In this document: one piece after another, positions 37,160-46,539 of the stretch | How the letters are laid out: every line of letters begins with the position of its first letter | How positions within the stretch are numbered: the first letter of the stretch is position 1 | Notes under the pieces: generated by a model | The model's database searches: none | What the model was told of the DNA's origin: nothing | Seen by the model: the letters and a program-made list of their open reading frames with translations, nothing else | Origin: an uncultured Muribaculaceae bacterium | GTDB lineage: Bacteria; Bacillota_I; Bacilli_A; RF39; UBA660 | DNA length: 64,000 bases | Direction: 5' to 3' | Assembly: GCA_964370475.1 (NCBI GenBank) | Contig: CAYJJI010000005.1 | Span: 1,840-65,839 of the forward strand | Position numbers and translations under genes: made by a program

Positions 37160-38743
37160 ATGAAAAAATTTAGCGAATTAGGTCTTAGTAAAGAGGTATT
37201 AAGATCGATAGAAAAAATGGGTTATGAAAATCCAAGCCCAATACAAGAATTATTAATACCTGAAGTGTTATCTGGAAAAGATGCAATTGGTCAAGCTCAG
37301 ACTGGAACTGGAAAAACTTTGGCTTATGCTGCTAGTATTTTAAGTGCTATTGATGTTAGTACTAAATATGTTCAAGCTATTATTTTAGTTCCTACAAGAG
37401 AATTAGCTTTACAAGTTAAAGAAGAGTTTTTATTGCTTAATAAAGATTCGAATTTTGATGTAGTAGCTTTATATGGAGGTTCTAGCGTTGGTGTTCAAAG
37501 TAAAGAATTATCACGTGGAGCTGATATAGTTGTTGGTACTCCTGGTAGAGTAATTGATTTTATTAAAAGAGGAAAGTTAAAAATTAATAATATTAAGTAT
37601 TTTGTTTTAGACGAAGCAGATATTATGTTAGATATGGGATTTTTAGAAGATATTGAAATGGTATTTAAGAAATCTAATGATTCTAAACAAGTATTATTAT
37701 TAAGTGCTACTATGGCTAAAGAGATTAAAGGTTTAGCAAGTAAGTATATGAAAAGTGATTATGATCACTTAGAAGTTAAGTCTGATACTAAGACTAGTGA
37801 TAATGTAGAGCAAAGTTATTATTTAGTTAGTGATAAGACTAGAGTAGAAGTTTTATGTAGAATTCTTGATTTAAAGAACTCTAAAAGAACTATTATATTT
37901 TGTGAAACTAAAAGGGAAGTTGATCAATTAAATACTGAGTTAGCTATTAGAGGTTATAACAGTGAAGTAATGCATGGTGATGTTTCTCAAGATATGAGAA
38001 TTAAAACTTTAGATAAGTTTAAAAATGGTGCGTTTAAGTTCTTAATTGCTACAGATGTAGCAGCAAGAGGAATACATGTTAATGATATTGAATGTGTTAT
38101 TAATTATAAATTACCTTTTGATAAGGAAACTTATGTACATAGAATTGGACGTACTGGTAGAGCTTCTTCTAAGGGTGAGGCAATCAGTTTAGTTGCTCAT
38201 AAGAGTATGAGATTTTTAGATGCTATTGTTAAATTTACTAAGAGTAATATTACTAGGTGTGAATTACCAAGTAGTGAGGAAATAGTTAAATTAAAATATC
38301 AACAAGTTATTGATGAAGCTAATGCTTATACTAAAGAAGATTTAGTAGATGCATATAATTATGTAAGAGATTTATCTAAACATGATTTAATGAATGTAGC
38401 AGCTGCGCTACTTAAAGTGACTGTTGATAAACAAATTGGTCATAATTCTCGTAAGAGTGTTGAAGTTAAGGAAAATATTTATAAACAATTAAATAAAGGT
38501 AGTGTAAGGCTATTTGTTAATATTGGTTCTAAGGATAGACTTAAAAAGGGAAGTTTATTAGATTTTCTTAAAGAAAAAACTAAAATAGATAAAGATAATT
38601 TTACTAATATAGAAATTTTATCGACATTTACATTTGTTGATGTTAATTCTAAAGTAGTAGATGAATTTATGAGAAAAATTCAAAATACGAAATATAATGA
38701 TCGTAAAGTAAGAGTTGAAAAGGGTAAAAAGCAAGGGAAGTAA
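37160..38743 (+). CDS. cshA: DEAD-box ATP-dependent RNA helicase
   Basis: Q-motif, Walker A AQTGTGKT, DEAD box (VLDEAD), SAT, HRIGRTGR and a C-terminal DbpA-like RNA-binding extension. Confidence 0.85.
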   Translation: MKKFSELGLSKEVLRSIEKMGYENPSPIQELLIPEVLSGKDAIGQAQTGTGKTLAYAASILSAIDVSTKYVQAIILVPTRELALQVKEEFLLLNKDSNFDVVALYGGSSVGVQSKELSRGADIVVGTPGRVIDFIKRGKLKINNIKYFVLDEADIMLDMGFLEDIEMVFKKSNDSKQVLLLSATMAKEIKGLASKYMKSDYDHLEVKSDTKTSDNVEQSYYLVSDKTRVEVLCRILDLKNSKRTIIFCETKREVDQLNTELAIRGYNSEVMHGDVSQDMRIKTLDKFKNGAFKFLIATDVAARGIHVNDIECVINYKLPFDKETYVHRIGRTGRASSKGEAISLVAHKSMRFLDAIVKFTKSNITRCELPSSEEIVKLKYQQVIDEANAYTKEDLVDAYNYVRDLSKHDLMNVAAALLKVTVDKQIGHNSRKSVEVKENIYKQLNKGSVRLFVNIGSKDRLKKGSLLDFLKEKTKIDKDNFTNIEILSTFTFVDVNSKVVDEFMRKIQNTKYNDRKVRVEKGKKQGK

Positions 38744-38744
38744 T

Positions 38745-38799
38745 CTTAATTAAATCTTAATAAATATTAAATTATTTATTAAGATTTTTTTGTTATAAT
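38745..38799 (+). promoter_or_regulatory. conserved cassette: 11-bp direct repeats (CTTAATtAAAT CTTAATaAATA) overlapping a terminator hairpin with T-run, then an extended -10 (TGTTATAAT); copy 1
   Basis: It is nearly identical to 39963..40018. The hairpin TCTTAATAAATA/TATTTATTAAGA plus T7 terminates cshA. The TATAAT lies 15 nt upstream of the vanY-like gene's RBS. Confidence 0.55.
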
Positions 38800-38814
38800 T
38801 GATGTGGTGATGTC

Positions 38815-39912
38815 ATGAAGAAGAAAAAATTAAAGTTAAGTGTTCTAGTAATAACTGTGCTTGTTATAGTTGTAATTGTTAATTTAGGAAAAAATATTTT
38901 AGGAGATAGTAGTTTAAATAGGGATTTAATTAATTTAGATAATTTTAAACATAATGAATTAGTAGCAATTATAGATGATACTAAGTTATATAATTATACT
39001 GAGGAGTATTTCGGAGATTATTATGAAACTTATAATTTTCAATTGGAAGAAAATGATTATAGCTTAAGATTATTTTATGATGTTTATGAAACTAATATAG
39101 ATGATTTTACTTTATCAATAAATAAAGATGAGTTTATCGATAATAAAGATAATATTATAGATACATTGAATAGTTTTAATGATTATTTTGGGATTAGTGA
39201 TGAGTTAATAGTTGATAGAATTATTGATATATATAATTCTGATGATGAAATATTTGAGTTGGGTAATGAGTATGTAATTTATGATAATGTTAAACATAAT
39301 ATTATGATATTTTGTTATGATTTAAATGAACATATTCAAATTGATTATCGTTTTAAGGAAGAAATGATTGAGTTATCAGATACTAGTGTATTACTTATTA
39401 ATAATGATAATCCTTTAAGTAATACTTATGAACCTAGTTTATCTTTATTTAATGGTTTTATGGTTAATGATACTATTGTAAGTATATTAGATGTAATGTT
39501 TGAAGATGCAATTAATGAAGGAATTGATTTAAGTATTACTAGTGCTTATAGATCTGTTAGTGATCAACAAATAATATTTGATTCTAATATGAATAGATAT
39601 ATGAGTGAAGGATTTAGCTATGAAGAAGCTGTTTTAAAAACTAATGAATATGTTAATAATCCTGGAGCTTCTGAACATCATACTGGTTTAGCAATAGATT
39701 TTGCAAGTGGTGTTGGTAGATCATCTTGGATATGGCTTGATAATAATGCGTATAAGTATGGATTTATTAAAAGATATGAAGATGATAAAGTAGCAGTAAC
39801 AGGTGTTAATTATGAAGCTTGGCATTATTATTATGTAGGTGAAAGTATTGCAAAATATATTTATTTTAATAGATTGTCTTTAGAAGAGTTTGAACAAGTT
39901 ACTTTAAAATAA
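38815..39912 (+). CDS. membrane-anchored D-alanyl-D-alanine carboxypeptidase (peptidase M15B, VanY-like)
   Basis: N-terminal TM helix. The M15 motifs SAYRSVSDQQ, EHHTGLAIDF and EAWHYYYVG match the VanY/DacA-type Zn-carboxypeptidase H-x6-D...H active site. Confidence 0.7.
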   Translation: MKKKKLKLSVLVITVLVIVVIVNLGKNILGDSSLNRDLINLDNFKHNELVAIIDDTKLYNYTEEYFGDYYETYNFQLEENDYSLRLFYDVYETNIDDFTLSINKDEFIDNKDNIIDTLNSFNDYFGISDELIVDRIIDIYNSDDEIFELGNEYVIYDNVKHNIMIFCYDLNEHIQIDYRFKEEMIELSDTSVLLINNDNPLSNTYEPSLSLFNGFMVNDTIVSILDVMFEDAINEGIDLSITSAYRSVSDQQIIFDSNMNRYMSEGFSYEEAVLKTNEYVNNPGASEHHTGLAIDFASGVGRSSWIWLDNNAYKYGFIKRYEDDKVAVTGVNYEAWHYYYVGESIAKYIYFNRLSLEEFEQVTLK

Positions 39913-39962
39913 GCGAATATGAAGTAGGATGTTAGATAAATTTTGAATTTTTTTTGTATAGT

Positions 39963-40018
39963 CTTAATTAAATCTTAATAAATATAAAGGTATTTATTAA
40001 GTTTTTTTTTGTTATAAT
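39963..40018 (+). promoter_or_regulatory. conserved cassette (direct repeats, terminator, extended -10); copy 2, upstream of the two-component system
   Basis: CTTAATTAAATCTTAATAAATA, a loop, TATTTATTAAG, T9, then GTTATAAT. It shares 22 identical nt and the same architecture with copy 1. Confidence 0.55.
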
Positions 40019-40038
40019 GTTATTAGAGAGGTGTAGTT

Positions 40039-40746
40039 ATGAGTAAAATTTTAGTAGTTGATGATGATAAAGAAATAGTTAAAGCTATTGATATTTATTT
40101 AAGTGGTGAAGGTTTTAATATTGTTAGTGCTTATGATGGTGAGGTTGCTATCAAGTTAGTTGATGATAGTATAGATTTAATACTTATGGATATAATGATG
40201 CCTAATATGGATGGAATTAGTGCAGTTAAAAAAATTAGGGAAAATTATAATATTCCAATTATTTTCTTATCTGCTAAGAGTGAGGATTATGACAAAATAG
40301 AAGGCTTAAATATTGGAGCTGATGATTATGTTACTAAACCTTTTAATCCTTTAGAATTAATAGCTAGAGTTAATTCACAACTTCGTAGATACAATAATTT
40401 TTATAAAAAAGATTTGATTGATGTATATAGAAGTGGTGACTTGGTAGTAGATGACTCTAAGAAGAAAGTAACTATAATGGATAAGTTGATTAAATTAACT
40501 CCTACTGAGTATAATGTTTTGTTGTTTTTGTTAAAAAATAAAGGTAGAGTTTATTCCATTGAAGAGATTTATAATAATACTAATTCTGGAGACAGTTATG
40601 ATGTCTCTAACATTATGGCTGTTCATATACGACATATAAGAGAAAAGATAGAGATAAATCCTAAGGATCCTAAATATTTAAAAGTTATTTGGGGTGTTGG
40701 ATATAAGTTAGAAGATATTAAGGAGGATAACAATGAAAAAGAATAG
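40039..40746 (+). CDS. OmpR/PhoB-family response regulator
   Basis: The receiver domain has D10/D11 and the phospho-acceptor D in LILMDIMMP. A winged-helix C-terminus follows. Confidence 0.85.
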   Translation: MSKILVVDDDKEIVKAIDIYLSGEGFNIVSAYDGEVAIKLVDDSIDLILMDIMMPNMDGISAVKKIRENYNIPIIFLSAKSEDYDKIEGLNIGADDYVTKPFNPLELIARVNSQLRRYNNFYKKDLIDVYRSGDLVVDDSKKKVTIMDKLIKLTPTEYNVLLFLLKNKGRVYSIEEIYNNTNSGDSYDVSNIMAVHIRHIREKIEINPKDPKYLKVIWGVGYKLEDIKEDNNEKE

Positions 40747-42649
40747 TTTATATATTATTGGAAGAAGACTTGCTTATATATTTATTCCTATATTAGTTGT
40801 TGTTTTATTAGCTTGTGCTGTTGTTTTTAAAATTGTTGAGGATGATGGATCGCAAGCATATTTGGAAAATAGTTATTATGATAGTGAATTGTTTATGGAT
40901 GTTAATCAATCAATGATGCAGGAGTTTTTACATTATGTATATTATAATAATAGTGACTCTGGTGAAGTATTTGAAATGGGTGATATTATATACCATTATA
41001 TATCAGTACCGCTTTATAATCCTAATTTAGTTGAATTTTATTTAATAAATAAAGAGAATTTAACTATATATAGTAATGTTAGTGATATGGGTTCTATTGC
41101 TAGTCAATTAGATGGAATTAGACAAAGTAAGTATTACTATGTAATGGAGAATGGTAAAGTAGAATCTACTTTAGGTGATATGTATTTAAGTAGCAATATG
41201 TCGTATGAAAATATAGATGTTTATTATAAGCTTGGTAATACACAATATATTGATAGTGAGTTTTATTTTATAAATATTGGGTATCAAATAATAGAAAGTA
41301 CTCATCAACATATTTTAGTTATTGCTTTAAGTGCTTTAATTTTATTAATATTCTTTATAGTTGTAATGTTTAGAGGAATGGGTAGAATAAAAGATAGTGA
41401 TGAAATCAGTTTGAATTTCATTGATGATTGGCCTTTAGAAATAGTATTAGCTGGTTTATGGGCAGTATTATATGCATTTTCTTCCTTAATGATGAATTTT
41501 TATTATGTTAGTTATGATTTAGGAGCTATTGTTACTTATGGACTTTGTTATTTCTTGTTATTGGTGTTTTTGAATACTGTTACTAAGAGATGTAAAATAG
41601 GTATGGTATTTGAAAATACTATTACTTATAAGTTATTTAAGTTATTAATAAAATTTATTAAAAGTATTCCAGAGAATTTTAAATTTTATTTAATACTTAC
41701 TTGTTTGATATTTATTAATTTATTAATTTTAGTTTTTAGATTTAATAATATTTTAGTGACTACTATTTTCTTTGTTACATGGATAGTATTAGGTATTTGG
41801 TTTATTAAGCATATTAAAAGTATTTATAGAATAGAAGAAGTTATTGATGATATTTATAATAATGGAGTTAGTGATATTGATTTTACTTTATATAATGATA
41901 ATTATTTGGATGTAGTTAAACAATTATCTAAGATTAGTAGTGGTTATAATGAAGCTATAGAAGCTAAGATAAGTAGTGAGAGAATGAAGAGTGAATTAAT
42001 TACTAATGTTTCTCATGATATTAAAACTCCGTTAACTTCTATTATTAATTATGTAGATTTACTTAGTAAGGAAGATATTAAAAATAAGAAGGTTTTAGAA
42101 TATATTGATATTCTTAAGGCTAAATCTGATAGATTAAAGAAGTTAACTGAGGATTTAGTGGAAGTTTCTAAGGCTAGTAGTGGGAATTTGAAGATAGATT
42201 TTAATAAGATTAATGTTTTAGAATTACTTAATCAATTAAATGGTGAATATTCTAATAAATTTAGAGACAGTAATTTGATATTAGATTGTGATAAGATTGA
42301 TAAGAAGTTAAATATTAGTGCTGATAGCAAATATATTTACCGTGTTTTTGATAATTTATATGGAAATGTAGTTAAATATTCAATGAGTAATACAAATGTG
42401 TATATTAGCGTTTTAGAAGATGAAGATAATGTTAGTGTTATGATTAAGAATATTTCAGCTAATAAACTAAACATTAGTAAGGAAGAATTGATCCAAAGAT
42501 TTGTTAGGGGAGATGAGTCTCGTAATGATGGTGGTAGTGGACTTGGGTTGTCAATAGTTGAAAATTTGGTAAAACTTCAGAATGGAAACTTTGATATAAT
42601 TATAGATGGAGATTTGTTTAAGGTAGTTGTTACTTTTAGAAAGTGGTAG
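40733..42649 (+). CDS. sensor histidine kinase with a large extracytoplasmic sensor domain
   Basis: Two TM helices flank a sensor domain of about 150 aa, with further TM segments downstream. H-box ITNVSHDIKTPLTSI, and the N and G boxes of HATPase_c (GGSGLGLSIVENLV). It overlaps the response-regulator gene by 14 nt. Confidence 0.85.
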   Translation: MKKNSLYIIGRRLAYIFIPILVVVLLACAVVFKIVEDDGSQAYLENSYYDSELFMDVNQSMMQEFLHYVYYNNSDSGEVFEMGDIIYHYISVPLYNPNLVEFYLINKENLTIYSNVSDMGSIASQLDGIRQSKYYYVMENGKVESTLGDMYLSSNMSYENIDVYYKLGNTQYIDSEFYFINIGYQIIESTHQHILVIALSALILLIFFIVVMFRGMGRIKDSDEISLNFIDDWPLEIVLAGLWAVLYAFSSLMMNFYYVSYDLGAIVTYGLCYFLLLVFLNTVTKRCKIGMVFENTITYKLFKLLIKFIKSIPENFKFYLILTCLIFINLLILVFRFNNILVTTIFFVTWIVLGIWFIKHIKSIYRIEEVIDDIYNNGVSDIDFTLYNDNYLDVVKQLSKISSGYNEAIEAKISSERMKSELITNVSHDIKTPLTSIINYVDLLSKEDIKNKKVLEYIDILKAKSDRLKKLTEDLVEVSKASSGNLKIDFNKINVLELLNQLNGEYSNKFRDSNLILDCDKIDKKLNISADSKYIYRVFDNLYGNVVKYSMSNTNVYISVLEDEDNVSVMIKNISANKLNISKEELIQRFVRGDESRNDGGSGLGLSIVENLVKLQNGNFDIIIDGDLFKVVVTFRKW

Positions 42650-42652
42650 TGT

Positions 42653-44953
42653 ATGTTTAGTAAAAGAGATATTATATGGATTAGTTTAATAGTAGTTTTA
42701 GTACTTAGTATGGTTTATATACTAACAGGTAGTGAGTATTTATTTGGTTCTACAACTGATTACATTAATCAACATATAGTATTTGCTGATTATTTTAGAG
42801 AATTATTTTATGAAACAGGGAATTTATTCCCTGATTTCATGCCACATATTGGAAGTGGTCAAAATATTTATTATGCATCTTATTATGGGTTGTTAAATCC
42901 TTTAGTAATGATATCTTATTTAGTGCCTTTTGTTTCTATGGTGAATTATTTTATGATATTATCTATTTTATTGTTGATTAGTAGTGGAGTATTATTTTAT
43001 ATATATTTAAAGAGTCATGATTATAGTAGATTTACTTCTTTTATTGGTTCTTTTTTACTTATTACTTCTTCACCTATATTTTTTCATGCTCATAGACATA
43101 TTATGTTTATGAATTATATACCTTTTTTAATAATAGGATTATTTGGAGTAGATAAATTTTTAGAAAAGAGAGATATTAAGTTATTAGTATTTTCTTTAGT
43201 AATGATGATATTTACAAGTTATTATTATAGTGTAGGTGGGTTTATTTGTTTAATTGTTTATATGTTTTATAGATATAGTAAATTAAATGAATTTAGTTTT
43301 ATTGATTTTTTTAAAACTTGTTTGAGGATTTGTGTTCCTTATATATTGAGTATTATGATTGGAATGGTTTTATTACTTCCTACTATATATACTTTAATTA
43401 ATGGGAGAATGGATTCTAATGTTAGTGTATCTTTTAGTGATATGTTAGTAATTAATGAATTACCTTTATATGCTCATTATTCGATGGGAATGTCTTTAAT
43501 TAGTTTAATAGCTTTGATTTATTTAGTAGTATTTAAAAAGTTGGAAGATAAAGTAATAGGAGTATTTTTATTATTTATTAATTTTTTTCCGATATTTAAT
43601 TATGTATTAAATGGTTTTATGTATATAAATTATAAATCTTTAATACCTTTTATTCCTTTACTTATATTAGTCACTATGATATTCATTAAAGATATAATTA
43701 AATACAGAATTACTAAGTGGATAGTTATTCCTATAGTTATATTAACTCAATTAGGAATTTGTATAGGTATTAGTTATAGTGATAGTTTAATTACTAGGGA
43801 GTTTTATAATAATAATTATGATGATGTAATAAGTGTCAATGAATATTTGAAATCTTTAGATGATAGTTACTATAGAGTTAATAATATAGTTAATACTCAT
43901 GCTAATATGAATTTCTCTGGTGGAGCTTTTATTGGTACTATATATTCTTCTACAAGTAATAATAATTATTATAATTTATATACAAATGTTTTAGAAAATA
44001 ATTTAACTCATAGAAATATGTTTATGTTATCTGGTAGTAGTAATATTATTTCTCAAATATTACTTGGTGAAAAATATATTATAAGTTCTTATAATATAGA
44101 GAATTATGAGTTAGTTGATAAAGTTAATGGTCAATATGTTAGTGAGAATATATATGCATTACCAATTGCTTATGCTACTAATAGTTATATTAATATTAAT
44201 GATTATAATGAACTTGATACTTATTCTAAGATGGTTAATTTAATTGGTAATGTTGTAAGTAGTGATGATACTAATACTGATTTAGTTACTTTAAATACGT
44301 TGGAATATGAAATAGTAAAAGAGGAAAATATTGAAGTAGAGTATATTGATGATAAAATGTTAGTTAATGCTAGTAGTAATAATTATTTAAAAATGGAAGT
44401 GGATAGTGATAATTATTTAGTTGTTTCTTTTAAAGTTAAGAATAAGAGTAGTGATATTAATATAGTGGTTAATAGAATTAATAATAAGTTAACTAGTAAT
44501 GAATGGAAATATTATAATAACAATGAATTATTTACTTATGTTGTTAAAGGAGATATTAATTTATTTTTTAATAGTGGTAAGTATGAGTTAAGTGATTTTG
44601 TGATTTATGAAATTGAAGAAGAAATGTTGGAATCAGGTGTAATTCCTATGGATATTAGTGAATTTTCTGGAGATAATTTAAATGGTAGTATTTCTTTGGA
44701 AGATGATTCAATGATGGTTTTATCTATACCTTATGATGATGGATTTGTTGTTAAAGTTGATGATGTAGTTGTTGATTATGAAATGGTTAATGACGGACTT
44801 ATTGGTTTTTATGTAGATAAAGGAAATCATAATATAGATATAGAATTTGTAGCACCTTATAAAAATATTTCTTTGGTAATTAGTAGTGTGGGTGTTATAA
44901 TGTTTTTGTTATTTATTATATACAGTAAAAGGAGTAAGTTATGGGTAAGTTAG
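42653..44953 (+). CDS. yfhO: YfhO-family GT-C membrane glycosyltransferase (teichoic acid glycosylation)
   Basis: 766 aa. Roughly 12 N-terminal TM helices are followed by a large extracellular domain and a final TM helix. The N-terminus resembles YfhO (...YINQHIVFADYFRELFYETGNLFPDFMPHIGSGQN...). A polyprenol-phosphate GT2 gene lies immediately downstream. Confidence 0.6.
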   Translation: MFSKRDIIWISLIVVLVLSMVYILTGSEYLFGSTTDYINQHIVFADYFRELFYETGNLFPDFMPHIGSGQNIYYASYYGLLNPLVMISYLVPFVSMVNYFMILSILLLISSGVLFYIYLKSHDYSRFTSFIGSFLLITSSPIFFHAHRHIMFMNYIPFLIIGLFGVDKFLEKRDIKLLVFSLVMMIFTSYYYSVGGFICLIVYMFYRYSKLNEFSFIDFFKTCLRICVPYILSIMIGMVLLLPTIYTLINGRMDSNVSVSFSDMLVINELPLYAHYSMGMSLISLIALIYLVVFKKLEDKVIGVFLLFINFFPIFNYVLNGFMYINYKSLIPFIPLLILVTMIFIKDIIKYRITKWIVIPIVILTQLGICIGISYSDSLITREFYNNNYDDVISVNEYLKSLDDSYYRVNNIVNTHANMNFSGGAFIGTIYSSTSNNNYYNLYTNVLENNLTHRNMFMLSGSSNIISQILLGEKYIISSYNIENYELVDKVNGQYVSENIYALPIAYATNSYININDYNELDTYSKMVNLIGNVVSSDDTNTDLVTLNTLEYEIVKEENIEVEYIDDKMLVNASSNNYLKMEVDSDNYLVVSFKVKNKSSDINIVVNRINNKLTSNEWKYYNNNELFTYVVKGDINLFFNSGKYELSDFVIYEIEEEMLESGVIPMDISEFSGDNLNGSISLEDDSMMVLSIPYDDGFVVKVDDVVVDYEMVNDGLIGFYVDKGNHNIDIEFVAPYKNISLVISSVGVIMFLLFIIYSKRSKLWVS

Positions 44954-45885
44954 TTTCGGTAATTGTTTCTTGTTTTAATGAGGAAGAATCACTTCCTTTG
45001 TTTTACAAGGAAATGGATAAAATTTCAAGAAAGATGGACTATTTGAATTTTGAGTTTATTTTTATAAATGATGGTTCTTCTGATAGGACTTTAGAGGTCT
45101 TGAAAAAATTAGCATTAAAAGACAATAGGGTTAGGTATATATCATTTTCTAGGAATTTTGGTAAGGAAGCTGCGATGTTTGCTGGTTTGGAAGCGTCTTT
45201 GGGTGATTACGTAACTCTTATGGATGCGGATTTACAAGATCCTCCGTATATGTTGGAAGAAATGTATAATTACATATTAAATGAAAAATTTGATAGTGTA
45301 GGTACTAGAAGAGTTACTAGAAAAGGTGAACCTGTTATTAGAAGTTTCTTTGCTAGAATGTTTTATAAATTAATTAATAAAATGAGTAAAGTAGAGATGG
45401 TTGATGGTGCTAGAGATTATCGTTTAATGACTAGACAAGTAGTTAATGAAATTATAAAATTAAAGGAATATAATAGATATTCTAAAGGGTTATTTAGTTT
45501 TGTAGGATTTGATACTAAGTGGATTGAGTATGAGAATGTTGAGAGAGTAGCTGGAGAGACAAAATGGTCTTTTTGGAAATTGTTTAAGTATGCTATAGAA
45601 GGTATTATTGCTTTTTCGACAGCTCCTTTATCATTAGCTTCTATATTTGGGATTATTTCTTGTATAGTTTCATTTATCTTTATATTCATTATAATACTTA
45701 GAACTTTAATATTTGGTGACCCTGTTAGTGGATGGCCTTCAACTATATGTGTTATTTTATTTATAGGTGGTATTCAATTATTTTGTATGGGAATCATGGG
45801 TCAGTATATTGCTAAAACTTATAATGAAGTTAAGAATAGATCTATTTATATAGTGAAAGAGACTGAGAAATGTTTGAAAAAGTAA
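44941..45885 (+). CDS. csbB: polyprenol-phosphate glycosyltransferase (GT2, CsbB/GtrB-like)
   Basis: VSVIVSCFNEEESLP, a DxD-containing LMDADLQDPP, and two C-terminal TM helices. The architecture matches GtrB/CsbB/ArnC. Confidence 0.75.
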   Translation: MGKLVSVIVSCFNEEESLPLFYKEMDKISRKMDYLNFEFIFINDGSSDRTLEVLKKLALKDNRVRYISFSRNFGKEAAMFAGLEASLGDYVTLMDADLQDPPYMLEEMYNYILNEKFDSVGTRRVTRKGEPVIRSFFARMFYKLINKMSKVEMVDGARDYRLMTRQVVNEIIKLKEYNRYSKGLFSFVGFDTKWIEYENVERVAGETKWSFWKLFKYAIEGIIAFSTAPLSLASIFGIISCIVSFIFIFIIILRTLIFGDPVSGWPSTICVILFIGGIQLFCMGIMGQYIAKTYNEVKNRSIYIVKETEKCLKK

Positions 45886-46268
45886 TGAAGTATAAAGAGA
45901 TTATATATTATTTAATCTTTGGTGGTTTAACTACGTTAATAAATATTATTGTATTTTATTTGTTTAATGATTTATTTAATGTTTATTATCTTGTATCTAA
46001 TGTTATAGCTTGGGTTGTATCTGTTTTATTTGCTTATATAACAAATAAAACAGTAGTATTTAAATCTGATAATAAAGTTTTTAAAGAAAGTGTTACTTTC
46101 TTTATATTTAGAGTTATATCGTTAGGTATAGATATGTTATTTATGTATTTATTAATAGATATAATTTCTATTGATAGTTTAATAGCTAAAATAATTGTTA
46201 ATGTTATTGTTGTAATATTAAATTATGTATTTAGTAAATTATTTATATTTAAAAAGAAGAACAAGTAG
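45870..46268 (+). CDS. gtrA: GtrA-family small membrane protein (putative glycolipid flippase component)
   Basis: 132 aa with four TM helices. It overlaps the GT2 gene and a terminator hairpin follows. Confidence 0.65.
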   Translation: MFEKVMKYKEIIYYLIFGGLTTLINIIVFYLFNDLFNVYYLVSNVIAWVVSVLFAYITNKTVVFKSDNKVFKESVTFFIFRVISLGIDMLFMYLLIDIISIDSLIAKIIVNVIVVILNYVFSKLFIFKKKNK

Positions 46269-46285
46269 TCGTTCTTCTTTTTGTC

Positions 46286-46399
46286 TTATCTATTATCGTT
46301 ATCTTTATCTTTGCCATTATGTTTTGAGTTAGCAACATGTGCGTTTATGGCTTTTTTGATGTTTTTTCTTGATGCTTTTGATTGTTTTTGAGTAGTCAT
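46286..46399 (-). CDS. small basic protein (37 aa), unannotated in the ORF track
   Basis: The minus strand reads MTTQKQSKASRKNIKKAINAHVANSKHNGKDKDNDNR. RBS GGGAGG is 8 nt upstream. The gene ends at the bidirectional terminator shared with gtrA. Confidence 0.45.
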   Translation of the reverse strand: MTTQKQSKASRKNIKKAINAHVANSKHNGKDKDNDNR

Positions 46400-46539
46400 A
46401 TCTATTACCTCCCATTTATATTATTTGCATTATATAAGTAATAATAATGGTAATTAATGGTAATACTATTTAGTGATATTATATGACATTGAGTTTTTAT
46501 TTATTTTATTATATAATGGATATATCATAGGAGAGATAG

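Noticed and set aside
38760-38790. Hairpin in the conserved cassette read purely as a terminator
   Set aside because: It is not rejected as a terminator. I rejected the view that it is only a terminator because the identical direct repeats and -10 box recur upstream of the response-regulator gene. It is reported as a dual-function element instead.
45417-45689. 90-aa minus ORF inside the GT2 gene
   Set aside because: It is antisense to a well-supported glycosyltransferase.
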